Part shown: piece by piece, positions 1 through 10,115 of the stretch
How positions within the stretch are numbered: the first letter of the stretch is position 1
How the letters are laid out: the number at the start of each line of letters is the position of its first letter
NCBI GenBank assembly: GCA_937625935.1
Contig: OW569392.1
Coordinates: 124,001-188,000 of the forward strand
DNA: 64,000 nucleotides
Direction of reading: 5' to 3'
Source of the DNA: Tetramitus jugosus
Taxonomy: Eukaryota; Protista; Heterolobosea
Position numbers and translations under genes: made by a program
Notes under the pieces: generated by a model
Databases searched by the model: none
Seen by the model: the letters and a program-made list of their open reading frames with translations, nothing else
Told to the model about the DNA's origin: nothing

Positions 1-59
1 TGGACAAAACGCCAAAAAAGGTTGCGGAGACCACGCATATGAATATTATATTCTCTGTA

Positions 60-390
60 CTGAGCATCCATCCAAAAAGATAGTGTGTACGTCATTCAAA
101 TAAGCAAAAGCATCACCTGTGGAAATGACTCATATCAAGTGTGTGAATGCCAGTCAAAAATTGAAAATGTGCATCAGCCACATATAGGTTGTCTTCAAAG
201 CAGACATTAAACAATGTTCCTTTTGCCAATCAAAACCCATGTTCAATTTCTGTTTTTCTCGACATAACTATTTTTTAGTATCCTCTTGGTGGACATAAGA
301 ATCCGATTGAATTTGAATTGATTAATTCCCTTGCAAGTGTAACTCAATTTACTTGTGCATAGAACCACTCCAGCTTTCTGTCAACCTTGT
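60..390 (-). pseudogene. Degenerate copy of the F-box-like/LRR (IHTLDM-type) family
   Basis: Minus-strand translation gives LSYTCKGINQF, GTLFNV and TGIHTLDM motifs matching the 44869-45854 copy, but with frameshifts; boundaries approximate. Confidence 0.6.
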
Positions 391-435
391 GGGGGTACTT
401 TAGAAAACTGAAGTCCACCCACCTTGAAACCACCC

Positions 436-570
436 ACGCGCACCACGTTGCGGAACTTTTATTTGTCTTTTGTGTGAGAGCAGGCTTCTTGTTTCATCCC
501 ATTTTTCATCAGCGCATCCATCCCATCATTCCCATGGAGGTACTCTGTGCTCGACTTCCTCATAGATTGA
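436..570 (-). mobile_element. 5'-truncated, decayed retroelement fragment (putative ORF2 C-terminal remnant plus A-type 3' module)
   Basis: 436-487 matches the A-type 3' module at ~1935-1985; 488-570 translates with frameshifts to MRKSSTEYL.MGMMG...LMKNGMKQ, similar to RRKTSKEYMLGMLG...LTKSGIEK in the ORF at 46106. Confidence 0.7.
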
Positions 571-584
571 CCTTTCTGGCGCGA

Positions 585-1885
585 TTTTTTTTTTTTTTTT
601 GTTCCATACAACCATGTGTGCTTGCGCAGCAAGCACACGATTGCTCATTTATTGACTTGTTTTGTGAGTGACGACCCGTAGGGCGTCATTCACTCTTCTT
701 CTCTTGTTGTCCCCGACGGTGCATCTACAGGTTGGAATAATCACTCTGGTGAGTGTTTTGGTTGATGCCCTTCATCAAAGAGCGTAACCTTGTAGTAGGA
801 CCGTCGATGGACACAGAGCCATCTGTTGTTTTTTTCTTGTTTTGGGCCTTGTTGCTCATCAGATCACACAGTGTGATCCTAGCACTCCTCTTCTTGTTAT
901 CATTGAGTTGTGGACTCTGAATCTCCTTTTCGGAGTCATCATCCACATCCACAATGACTGGTTCGTCCTCAGTCAAACCATACCTTTTGGGTGCAGCAGC
1001 AAGTGCCAATGCAGCAATTTCCTTCTTCACTCTTGCGAACACTGGAGAAGTGGCATTCACTTGCTCCAGAATATGCCGATTTTCAGCGCTGAGCTGTACA
1101 ACAGGCACTGTTGGTAGTGGTGTTGCACTCCTTTGTTCTTCTGTCTCCATTAGACCAGGAGCAGTTCTTTGTACAACTTCTTGTTCCGGTATCGGAACCG
1201 GTTTGTTGCCCTCTTGACCCTTTGTCTTTGCCAATTCCTTGGTGAGTTCTGTGACCTGTCGACGCAGTGCGTCAACCACCGTCAGCAGCTCCTCGTACAT
1301 CTTCGTCAATCTCTTGTTGACAGCCTTGAGAGGATCATGTGGTCTCTCGACGTATCGAGTGACCGTGGCCTTGACCTTTTGCTCTCCGCTGAGCACTGCT
1401 CGTGCATAGGTTTCATCACCCATGACCACGAAAGCAGTGTCACGCTTCTTGAGCACACTGGCAACCTTCTCAGGTCCCAGTAGCTTCTTGATGTCGTCCA
1501 CTGACATGTTCTTCATGCCATGGACGACCACCTTTCTTGTGCAATCAACACTGCGCTTGGGTGCAGCAGTGCTGTTGCCAATCCTCCTCTGTTTGTTGAA
1601 TAGCTCAACAAACTCATAGATGCGGTCACCCTTGACCGTCACCCATGCAACAAAGCGTTGCTGACCTTTCCTCTTGATGACCTGGACTCGGTTGAGCCAG
1701 TCACCAAACTCCTCTCCTATCTTTCTTGCCAAAGATGACTGAGAGACACCATTACCGTTGCCAGTAATGACGACCTCTCTGTCACTTGGCCTAGAGCCTT
1801 TCCGTGCAGTGGTCCACACTGCATAACGGCTGTTGCCGTATTCCTTCACCAAATTTGTTGAATCACCAGACATGTGATTCCGTTT
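585..1885 (-). mobile_element. Non-LTR retroelement, ORF1-only, family B copy 1
   Basis: Poly(T) 585-600 is the poly(A) tail; 14-bp TSD cctttctggcgcga at 571-584 and 3310-3323; single ORF; hairpins at 616-638 and 664-693. Confidence 0.85.
725..1873 (-). CDS. Retroelement ORF1-like protein (two RRM-like folds plus coiled coil), family B
   Basis: 382 aa, homologous to 2040-3284 (RYAVWTT, RVQVIK, FVAWVTV, DTAFVVM, KRLTKMYxELL, KKRSAR). Confidence 0.8.
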   Translation of the reverse strand: MSGDSTNLVKEYGNSRYAVWTTARKGSRPSDREVVITGNGNGVSQSSLARKIGEEFGDWLNRVQVIKRKGQQRFVAWVTVKGDRIYEFVELFNKQRRIGNSTAAPKRSVDCTRKVVVHGMKNMSVDDIKKLLGPEKVASVLKKRDTAFVVMGDETYARAVLSGEQKVKATVTRYVERPHDPLKAVNKRLTKMYEELLTVVDALRRQVTELTKELAKTKGQEGNKPVPIPEQEVVQRTAPGLMETEEQRSATPLPTVPVVQLSAENRHILEQVNATSPVFARVKKEIAALALAAAPKRYGLTEDEPVIVDVDDDSEKEIQSPQLNDNKKRSARITLCDLMSNKAQNKKKTTDGSVSIDGPTTRLRSLMKGINQNTHQSDYSNL

Positions 1886-1902
1886 TTTTCTGGTCTGCCT
1901 TT

Positions 1903-3297
1903 TTTTTTTTTTTTTTAATACAACAAATGGTGCTCACGCACCACGTTGCGGAACTTTTATTTTTCTTTTGCGTGAGAGCAGGCTTGCCTGCTCTCAATTG
2001 TCTAACATGATGTGGTGCTTGCCCAGTGGAGTGGCAGGCCTACGCAACAGGATTCATTCTCTTCTTGGAATGTTGTTTTGATCCCTTCTTCAGGGATTCG
2101 TTGCGAGGGCCTCCACTACCATCTGGAGCACCACTGGTGAGGTCAGATGGCTCTGTAGTCCTAGCCAGTTGGTAGGACCTACGGAGAGCACCTGACTTGA
2201 TACTGGCCAACCTGGCCGGGATCTTGTTGGCAGCTGTGTCACCAACGGTGACACGTGCTGATCGCTTCTTGTGTTCGTTAAGTTGGGGACTCTGTAACTC
2301 ACAGTCGGGGTTACTGAGATCCAACTCAACTGGATCTTCATCGGTGGCTGTGCTTCTTGCACGGTCCACCATGATTGCTCGGGCAGCAATCTCTTTCTTG
2401 ACTTTCTTGAACACCTCGGAGGTGTTCAATACTAGCTCGAGGATTGCTCTGTTACGAGCATCCTCATCAATGGTGTTGTTGGTTGGCTCTTGGGTGACCG
2501 TAGTTGGAGTGGCGGGATGGGACTCCGGCATGATCGACTCCCAGTCATCGGTCGTAGACGGAGTCGAAGGTTCGAATTCGGAGATTCGCTCCGGCGTCCT
2601 TGGAGACGGGGATGCGAGGGGAATCCGGTTGACGGAAGCCATATCTTTTAACACACTGACTTGGTGGCGCAGGTCGTCCACCACAGCCAGTAGCTCTTGG
2701 TACATCTTGGTCAGCCTCTTGCTGACAGCCTTGACCGGATCACGTGGGCGTGGAAGGAAGCGCTTTGCTTCCACCTCCACTGGCATGGATTGAACGTTTC
2801 GAAGCAAAGCTTCGGCATACGTTTCGGACTCCATCACAACAAAGGCGGTGTCGTGCTTCTTGAGCACGTTCTTGACCTTTGTTGTGCCAAGCATGGCCTT
2901 GATGTCGTCCTCCGTCTTACCTTTGACACCGTGGAGGACGACCTTCTTGGCACAATCTACATTGTGCTTGAGTGCTGCCTTGCAGCCACTCATCTTCTTG
3001 TTGCGGTTGAAGGATTCAACAAATGGGTAAATGTTGTCATCAACAACAGTTACCCACGCAACAAACCTCTTGGGGCCCTTCTTGATGACTTGGACCCTGG
3101 TGAGCAAATCACCAAAACCCAAGCCAATCTTCTTGGCCAAGGCAGCCTTGGGAGAGTCATCACACTTTCCAGTGATGATGACCTCCTTGCTGCTTGGCGC
3201 AGTTCCTCTTGGTGCTGTGGTCCACACAGCATAGCGTGGATTCTCATACTCACGAACAACAGGGGTGTGTGTTCGTTTTTTCATCGGCGTTTTTTGG
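1903..3297 (-). mobile_element. Non-LTR retroelement, ORF1-only, family A copy 1
   Basis: Poly(T) 1900-1916; 17-bp TSD ttttctggtctgccttt at 1886-1902 and 3298-3314; about 99% identical to 58597-60001 by hand alignment. Confidence 0.9.
2040..3284 (-). CDS. Retroelement ORF1-like protein (two RRM-like folds plus coiled coil), family A
   Basis: 414-aa ORF; RRM-like beta-alpha-beta-beta-alpha patterns (EVIITG..RVQVIK..FVAWVTV and KVVLHGV..TEDDIKAML..TAFVVM..TYAEALL), followed by a heptad region. Confidence 0.8.
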   Translation of the reverse strand: MKKRTHTPVVREYENPRYAVWTTAPRGTAPSSKEVIITGKCDDSPKAALAKKIGLGFGDLLTRVQVIKKGPKRFVAWVTVVDDNIYPFVESFNRNKKMSGCKAALKHNVDCAKKVVLHGVKGKTEDDIKAMLGTTKVKNVLKKHDTAFVVMESETYAEALLRNVQSMPVEVEAKRFLPRPRDPVKAVSKRLTKMYQELLAVVDDLRHQVSVLKDMASVNRIPLASPSPRTPERISEFEPSTPSTTDDWESIMPESHPATPTTVTQEPTNNTIDEDARNRAILELVLNTSEVFKKVKKEIAARAIMVDRARSTATDEDPVELDLSNPDCELQSPQLNEHKKRSARVTVGDTAANKIPARLASIKSGALRRSYQLARTTEPSDLTSGAPDGSGGPRNESLKKGSKQHSKKRMNPVA

Positions 3298-3351
3298 TTT
3301 TCTGGTCTGCCTTTCTGGCGCGAAAATCAAATAAATCAATTTAAAACATGA

Positions 3352-3434
3352 GCACTCTTGTCCGAGCGGTCAAGGAGCCTGACTAGAAATCAGGTACGGG
3401 AAACCGTGCGTAGGTTCAAATCCTACAGAGTGCG
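3352..3434 (+). tRNA. tRNA-Ser(AGA)
   Basis: Acceptor stem GCACTCT/AGAGTGC, anticodon arm CCTGA-CTAGAAA-TCAGG, long variable arm, GGTTCAAATCC T-arm, downstream TTTT. Confidence 0.95.
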
Positions 3435-3585
3435 AACCTTTTGCTTTACAACAGTTTTCACCGGGTATTGGATCTGGTGTCACGAAAGGACGTTCTGAGC
3501 AAAGTTGTTTGTATATTTTAGAGAGGCCATTCAAACGTTTAGCTGCCCATTCAACCTAAGAAACAAAATCACATCGATACAAGAC

Positions 3586-4515
3586 ATGTCTCAAAGTAAC
3601 AAGCTAATTGTCGTCGTAGGAGCTACTGGTAACCAAGGAGGATCCGCTATTTGCTACCTCAAGTCCCTTGGCCAGAACTATCGCATTAGAGGACTCACCC
3701 GGGACACCAAATCCGAAAAAGCAAGGGAATTACAAAGACTTGGTGTCGAGATGGTTCAATGTGATATCAACAACATGGACCAATTAATGAATGCGTTCAA
3801 GGATGCCTATGCAGTGTTTGCTGTTACTAACTTTTGGCAGCCTGATATTATGAAGGAGCCACAATTGGAATTCCGACAGGGAAAAAATATGGTTGATGCA
3901 GCTGTGGCCAACAATGTCCAGCAATTCATCTGGAGCTCGTTGGACGATGCAGAGAAGACATCTGGCAGACCAGTGTATCATTTTACTTACAAGCATCGTG
4001 TAGAGGAGTATGCTCGCACAAAGAACTTCCCCTACAGTGCCTACATTTACGCTGGATTCTTCTTTGAGAACTTCTCTCACAACATGTTCAAGTTGAACAG
4101 GGACAGAAACAAGGCTTGTGTCGTTTCAGGTGTGAATGAGAATGTTCGCTTGCCCATGTTCTCCATTCATGACATTGGAATGATGATCAGAGACGTGATC
4201 GAGAACCCTGAAAAGCACAACAAGAAGATCCTTCTCGGTGCATCAGAGTTGATCACTATGCCAGAGTGCTGTGAAGTTCTTTCTCGCGTGTTGAACATTC
4301 CAACCCAGTATGAGAAGATGGATCTGGACAAGGTGACTCAACAAATGGGAGAAGAGATGTCAGAGATGCTCTACTATTTCAACAAGACTGGATTCTATGT
4401 TCGAGATCAGGAGACAAAATTCGAGGAGACTCGAAGAAACTTTCCAAAATTGAAGTCATTTGAGCAGTGGCTCACTGAGAACAAGGACAGATTCTTGAAG
4501 ACTTCCAGTGCATAA
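3586..4515 (+). CDS. NmrA-like NAD(P)-binding protein (NMRAL1 family)
   Basis: VVGATGNQGG Rossmann motif, GKNMVDAA, HFTYK; ATG at 3586. Confidence 0.9.
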   Translation: MSQSNKLIVVVGATGNQGGSAICYLKSLGQNYRIRGLTRDTKSEKARELQRLGVEMVQCDINNMDQLMNAFKDAYAVFAVTNFWQPDIMKEPQLEFRQGKNMVDAAVANNVQQFIWSSLDDAEKTSGRPVYHFTYKHRVEEYARTKNFPYSAYIYAGFFFENFSHNMFKLNRDRNKACVVSGVNENVRLPMFSIHDIGMMIRDVIENPEKHNKKILLGASELITMPECCEVLSRVLNIPTQYEKMDLDKVTQQMGEEMSEMLYYFNKTGFYVRDQETKFEETRRNFPKLKSFEQWLTENKDRFLKTSSA

Positions 4516-4600
4516 GATGATCTTCTGACTGATTGTGTCCAGTGACACCATACAGCTTGTATATAAATAAAAATGGTTAGTCATCTTATACTTTTATAAA

Positions 4601-5596
4601 TTATTGGGAGTTTAGGCAACTGACTTGATTGGCATCTTCCAATGACTTAATCATCAAATTCCAAAATTCAGACACGTTCATGCTCTTTGCCACGATACAA
4701 TTTCTAGTCTCTGCTGGTCGCATATGGAAAATGTCACAGACAGTTCTTCCTGCACAATAAGGTGACTCACAGTCAATGTCCACTCTCATGAGTTCAGCAT
4801 CAAACAATGAAGGATCAATCACGTATGCCACAGCACATGGATCATGCAATGGTGGATGTTCGAAACGGAACACTTCCTTGTAAGACTGTTGGAAGAACAA
4901 CAACAATTCAACAATCAATTTTGAAAAATTGGAGTTCATGGCACCGATGCGATTCAAGACATCAGGATCGACCAGTGCCGTATGAGTCACCTCCAGAGGA
5001 ACCATCACCAGCTTGACACCACTATTGAACACGATTCTAGCAGATTCTGGATCACACTCAATGTTGAACTCTGCAGCAGGCGAAGTGTTGCCCACTCCGA
5101 TACAACCACCCATGATTGAAATCTGTTCCAAGAACTGTTTCACTTCAGGATAGACAGTCAACAATAGAGCTACATTAGTCAATTGACCTGTAGCAACCAA
5201 ATGAACCTTTTGACTTGTACGACCAGCCGTAGAGGAAATGACTTGAAACATGTGATGAATGGCCTTGATTTCACTAGACAATGGTTTCTTTGTAATGAGT
5301 GGGAATTGAGTGCCATCTAAACCAGTTTCACCATGAATTTCCTCACAAATCTTGGAAGGTCTCATGAGTGGGGCATTGGAACCTGCAACCACATCAATTT
5401 GATGCTTGTTTATGATTTGCAGAGTTTTACAGGCATTGTTTGTGGTTTTTTCAATGGTTTGATTACCACATGTAGTGGAGATACCTAGGAGTTCAATGGA
5501 TGGGTGATAGCTTGCTAGGATGATGGCCATTGCATCATCGTGACCTGGATCACAATCCAACCACATTAGCTTTTTCGTGTCGCTTCCGTCGTTCAT
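4601..5596 (-). CDS. Inosine-uridine preferring nucleoside hydrolase
   Basis: DCDPGHDDA, AEFNI and PPLHDP motifs. Confidence 0.95.
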   Translation of the reverse strand: MNDGSDTKKLMWLDCDPGHDDAMAIILASYHPSIELLGISTTCGNQTIEKTTNNACKTLQIINKHQIDVVAGSNAPLMRPSKICEEIHGETGLDGTQFPLITKKPLSSEIKAIHHMFQVISSTAGRTSQKVHLVATGQLTNVALLLTVYPEVKQFLEQISIMGGCIGVGNTSPAAEFNIECDPESARIVFNSGVKLVMVPLEVTHTALVDPDVLNRIGAMNSNFSKLIVELLLFFQQSYKEVFRFEHPPLHDPCAVAYVIDPSLFDAELMRVDIDCESPYCAGRTVCDIFHMRPAETRNCIVAKSMNVSEFWNLMIKSLEDANQVSCLNSQ

Positions 5597-5755
5597 TTTT
5601 CTGTGACTGGTTTGTTTTGTGCAAAAGCTTTTGTTTTTCTGTTTGGTTGGATGGAGGACTTGAACTTCAAGAAATTTTTGGCGGGAGACTGTGGTGAATA
5701 CAACTCAGAATAAGTGCGAAAAGTGCCTACAATTTTATAGGAGTCACGCACTGAC

Positions 5756-7819
5756 TCATTTGTTTGTTGTTACCTTGTGCAGATTGACAACTTTACGATC
5801 TGATAGTCGTTTTGTTTCTTGTTGAATCACATTTTCAATCTGGGTAAGGTCAATGGTGTTCTTGTCTGCCTTCGAATATCTGGCAATAGCGGACAGGAGC
5901 TCATCGGATTGCTTTGTAAATTGACTTTCGTCTTTGATGAGTCCTAGATAGATTTGTATGATTTCAGGAGAATACATCCAAGCATCAATGGACTTCGATT
6001 TGAAGAGCAAATGTTCCAATTGTGATTTCGCTAGTAATGGTTTTCGAGATTTGAAATTACTTGCATAGAAAACAACCAAGTCCTTGGTCAAATCGCCATC
6101 TGTTGATGCCAAATTGAAGTAAGTTGTTGCTCGCTGGATATCTTCTGTCAAAAAACAACAATTGAAGACCAATTTCCAAAATCGTATGTCAGGATGTTGT
6201 CCATGACGATGCAGATAATTTCTCACAGAATCAAAGATGTAAAATACCTGCGAGTAGCGTTGAAGGTCCATTGTGAGCTTGAGGATAGATAAGAACACTG
6301 ATGGAGGTACTTTAAACTTGTGAACATCCATCATCTCTTTCAGAAGCTTGTTGCACATCTTTCTCGCATCCTTATCTTTTGATTTCGAGTGCAGTTTGAT
6401 CAACACTGCATAGAGGTCAGCAGTCATTTCAAATGGTTGTCCAGATTCCTTGCATTTCAATTCTTTTCGATTAAAGAATTGCAAGGCTTCTGTCGTGCTC
6501 GTATCTGGTATTGCCGAAAAGCCTCTGAGAATTGAAACGACTTCCTCCATGGTCAAATGATCCCATAAATCAAACTTTTCGATATCAGCCACCACCAATC
6601 GGATCAGTGAAGCAGATCGAGACCAAGTTGCACACTGCGCCAATACTCTTACTAGATCATGCATTTCCTCCTTTGTTATCATCGAATCTCCATCCACCAT
6701 GTTTGCTTTCCTCGCGACTGTTGCTCGTTGTTCATCTACTCGATGGGTTGTCGGTATAAGCGATGCAGGTTTGGGCAAAAAATGATACAGAATTGCTTTA
6801 AACGCTTTATAAATGAGCAAGGTTTGTCGAGGTAGCACAATCATATCCAATGTTTGATTTGCCATTGCACGTTGTGTTCTCTTCAACACATACTTTACAA
6901 CAAAACAAAACTCTTTTGGAGAGGACTTGGCTCTCAGTCGCAACATGTCATCAATGATTTGAGGTCCTCCTGATTGCATGTAGTCTGGTGATACGTACCG
7001 CTGATTCTCCACAAAATGAACATTGAACCCCATGTGATGCAAACATTGTTGAAACATGGGTATCAATAACTCGTCATTGTCACTGGATACTCGAGCCCAA
7101 TTCACAAAATTGGTCAATTTAAAATTAGACTTTCGAATAATTGGCGCTACTTCTTCTTCATTCTCAGTTTTTTCAACATTATCATTTTCATCATGATTCA
7201 TCGTCATTGTTGATTTTGAATAGGAACGTGTTTCGCTCAATGAGTCTTTCAAAATTCTAGTTGCAAAATGTTGCAAATACTCATTACTCATTTCAGAAGG
7301 TATTCCTCCTCCTTCAGTTGTTACTGTTGATGAAAATTTTTCATTTTTTTGAATGACACGACGTGGTGAACCATACTCTGCACACAAAGCTTTCAACAAA
7401 ATATGACAATGGTACAAGGTCGGTTGAAATTTTTCCTTTTCTTTTCCTTCAACGTCGTTGCTTGGTGTGGTTAATTGATCGTAGAGGGCAAGTGCGGCAA
7501 AAAGTTGATTTTTTTGGAGCAAAGTTTTTGTCGCCATTTCCATTGACTCGGTAAAGGAAGTGGTGGGTGATGGTGCAGGTTTTTTTCTGTCGAATAGAGA
7601 GTTGGATTTGGTCGTTACATTTTCGCGATTCAAATGTTGTCGTTGTTGTGGTTGCTGTCGTTGTGATGATGAATGATGATTTTCAAATTTTGAAGATGAT
7701 TGTTGTTGGAGAAGTATGGATAGTGTTTTGTGTTGTGTTGGTGGTCGTTGTGGAGACCTCCTTGATAAGTGAATACGCAGTGCATGTTTGTTTGATACCG
7801 ATCGCAACATTTTTTGCAT
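5756..7819 (-). CDS. PPR-like helical-repeat protein, probably mitochondrial
   Basis: Basic N-terminal presequence-like region; degenerate PPR-like units (LYAVLIKLH, PDIRFWKLVFNCC). Confidence 0.55.
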   Translation of the reverse strand: MQKMLRSVSNKHALRIHLSRRSPQRPPTQHKTLSILLQQQSSSKFENHHSSSQRQQPQQRQHLNRENVTTKSNSLFDRKKPAPSPTTSFTESMEMATKTLLQKNQLFAALALYDQLTTPSNDVEGKEKEKFQPTLYHCHILLKALCAEYGSPRRVIQKNEKFSSTVTTEGGGIPSEMSNEYLQHFATRILKDSLSETRSYSKSTMTMNHDENDNVEKTENEEEVAPIIRKSNFKLTNFVNWARVSSDNDELLIPMFQQCLHHMGFNVHFVENQRYVSPDYMQSGGPQIIDDMLRLRAKSSPKEFCFVVKYVLKRTQRAMANQTLDMIVLPRQTLLIYKAFKAILYHFLPKPASLIPTTHRVDEQRATVARKANMVDGDSMITKEEMHDLVRVLAQCATWSRSASLIRLVVADIEKFDLWDHLTMEEVVSILRGFSAIPDTSTTEALQFFNRKELKCKESGQPFEMTADLYAVLIKLHSKSKDKDARKMCNKLLKEMMDVHKFKVPPSVFLSILKLTMDLQRYSQVFYIFDSVRNYLHRHGQHPDIRFWKLVFNCCFLTEDIQRATTYFNLASTDGDLTKDLVVFYASNFKSRKPLLAKSQLEHLLFKSKSIDAWMYSPEIIQIYLGLIKDESQFTKQSDELLSAIARYSKADKNTIDLTQIENVIQQETKRLSDRKVVNLHKVTTNK

Positions 7820-7899
7820 TTTGTTTTCTTTGTGTGAAGGCGGAGAGTTCTTTTTTCCGTTTTTGGCGCCAAAAAGAAAAGGATCGTTGGGAAGAGATT

Positions 7900-8277
7900 T
7901 TATTTATCAAAGATGACTGGTGTATGGAAAGAACCAGTCTTCAGAATGGTTTTCTCACCGGAAGGTTCCTTCTCAATGATGGAGTAAAAGTATTCGGTGC
8001 TCGATTCCAAGTAAGGAATTGTAATCTGATGGTGGAGACGACTTGATGTCTGCTTACTTACAATGGAAACTTCTTCTCCAGTTGGAGAAACAACCAAGTG
8101 TAGTTTACCTGGCTTTACTAGGTCAATCATAAACAGAGCGTGTTCCTTTTGAACGGCGATCTTAAAGCTTTTCACTTCTTGAAGCCTTCCCATAACAGAG
8201 GAACCAAGTGAACACACTATGAGAACGATAGTGGCTATGAGAAGCAACAACTTGATGGAATGATTTGGTCTCGACAT
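7900..8277 (-). CDS. Small secreted protein with an FN3/purple-acid-phosphatase N-terminal-like domain
   Basis: Signal peptide; HQITIPYLESSTEYFYSI...GSFHT pattern. Confidence 0.55.
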   Translation of the reverse strand: MSRPNHSIKLLLLIATIVLIVCSLGSSVMGRLQEVKSFKIAVQKEHALFMIDLVKPGKLHLVVSPTGEEVSIVSKQTSSRLHHQITIPYLESSTEYFYSIIEKEPSGEKTILKTGSFHTPVIFDK

Positions 8278-8745
8278 GATTGTAATGGTATCACTTTGAA
8301 AGTTGCTAGATTTTGTTTTGTTTCAGAGAGTTGAGAGTTGCAATTGTGGATGGTTTTCTCTGGGAGTAAATCGTTTCTGTTTCAGTTTTTCAATGAAGGT
8401 TGGTCTGATAAACCGAAGACCAGAAACAGTTGATTGTATCCAATTGGATTATGTGATTTCAAGATAAGAATAGATCTTGGGCTGAAACTGAACAGCAAAA
8501 AAGTATGAACTGGGGTAATGAGTAAAGTTCAGAACTGCCAGAAACAACCACTCGTGAAACAACCAACTTTCCCGCCAAACCTGTTGTATGATCGGACTAA
8601 TGTATAAAAAGGATTTTACAATGGTAAGTTAATTTTAAAAGTTAAGTTTCCCTACTGGAAAAAATGAATGATCCACATGACCAGTTTTCATTATTTCTGA
8701 TCAGAGTTTTCCAAAGAGATCAAACGAACACAACAACCCAGAGAG

Positions 8746-9993
8746 ATGATACCAAACCGAACTAGAAAACTTTCCCAGCACTGCTATCGCTTATTATCAA
8801 CGAGAAACAAGTGTGCTTCTGCTTCTCTCATCAGCATACCGTCTCACCTACAATCTCAAACTTGGCCCATCTCAAAAACGAATAACTTCCTTTCCGAGTC
8901 CATCTATCGTTCTTATGTAAATATCAAAGGAATGGATTTTTATTCTCTGGCCAAGGAACAATTTCGTCAAGCCATGTATGAAATTGCGAGTGTCACAGGA
9001 CCTGTAGTCGATCCACTATCTCTAGTGGAAGACAGTGAGTCCCTACGAAGAGCAGTTATTTTGTTCAAATCTCTCGAACCGAACTTGGATGAAATTGACG
9101 ATGCAGAATCATTGTGGATGCTTGCCGAGTTATATTCACATGGACTCGGAGGATTAGAAAAGGATGGAAAGAAGGCGATTCAGTACTTTGAGATGGGCAT
9201 TTGTCTCGGCTCGACCAAAGCTGCACTATTGTATGGAATTCGATTATTGTATGGAGTTCGCGGATCTATCGAAGTCGATGAAGCAGAAGCGTTCAAATAT
9301 CTCAAAATGGCAGCTGACGAAGGTGATGATGCGGCTCAGAACATTGTAGGCTCGATGATGTGCTTTGGTCGTAGCTTCAAAAATCCAACTACAGGCGTCG
9401 AATACTTGAAGAAATCGGAAGGGCAGCACAACTTATTGGCTGCCGACAATTTAGGTAAGGCGTACGAGAAGGGAATTGGTGTGACGCAGAGTACTCAGAT
9501 ATCGTTCCAGTACTACATGAAGGCTGCTGTGAGGGGACATCCGAACTCTCAGTTCAAAGTGGGAGAAATGTACGTCCATGGACGCATAAGCACTCACTTG
9601 AGAGATCCAAAGCAAGAAGCCGTGAGATGGCTGCTAGCTTCTTCTCAAGGCAATTGTCCTCAGGCTCAACGACTGTTGGGTGTCATGTTCAGGGACGGTA
9701 CAGGTGTTCAGAGAGACATTGGCACTGCAAAGAGATTCCTGTTAATGGCATTGGATTCTGGATTGATGGAAGCAGCTACAGATTTGATTCAATTAGAACA
9801 ACAACAAAAGAGACCTTCACACCGGATGAAGGAGTACCATGCACGGGATGTCACATCAACGGAGATTACTCCCGAAAGAGAACTCCCTCGTCGAGCCGCA
9901 ACCAACCAGGAAGAAATCAACAGCTCTGTTCCCGAACAAGAAGTCATCAACTTTGAAGACTACGTTCACCACACCAAGCCAAACAACAAGTGA
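8746..9993 (+). CDS. Sel1-repeat protein
   Basis: Multiple SLR motifs (LGKAYEKGIGV, AQRLLGVMFRDGTGV). Confidence 0.9.
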   Translation: MIPNRTRKLSQHCYRLLSTRNKCASASLISIPSHLQSQTWPISKTNNFLSESIYRSYVNIKGMDFYSLAKEQFRQAMYEIASVTGPVVDPLSLVEDSESLRRAVILFKSLEPNLDEIDDAESLWMLAELYSHGLGGLEKDGKKAIQYFEMGICLGSTKAALLYGIRLLYGVRGSIEVDEAEAFKYLKMAADEGDDAAQNIVGSMMCFGRSFKNPTTGVEYLKKSEGQHNLLAADNLGKAYEKGIGVTQSTQISFQYYMKAAVRGHPNSQFKVGEMYVHGRISTHLRDPKQEAVRWLLASSQGNCPQAQRLLGVMFRDGTGVQRDIGTAKRFLLMALDSGLMEAATDLIQLEQQQKRPSHRMKEYHARDVTSTEITPERELPRRAATNQEEINSSVPEQEVINFEDYVHHTKPNNK

Positions 9994-10115
9994 CAAATTC
10001 AATAAACAAAAACTCCTTATTTCGACGGAAAAATGCTATCGGAGTTGTTCATACGTCCTTCCAGCTCGACAAAAAGCAAACTGATTCAAAAGTCTTTATT
10101 ATCATCATAGCATGA

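Noticed and set aside
1917-3290. Copies A1 and A2 as a segmental duplication
   Set aside because: Identity stops at the poly(A) and the 5' end; TSDs and neighbouring tRNAs differ.
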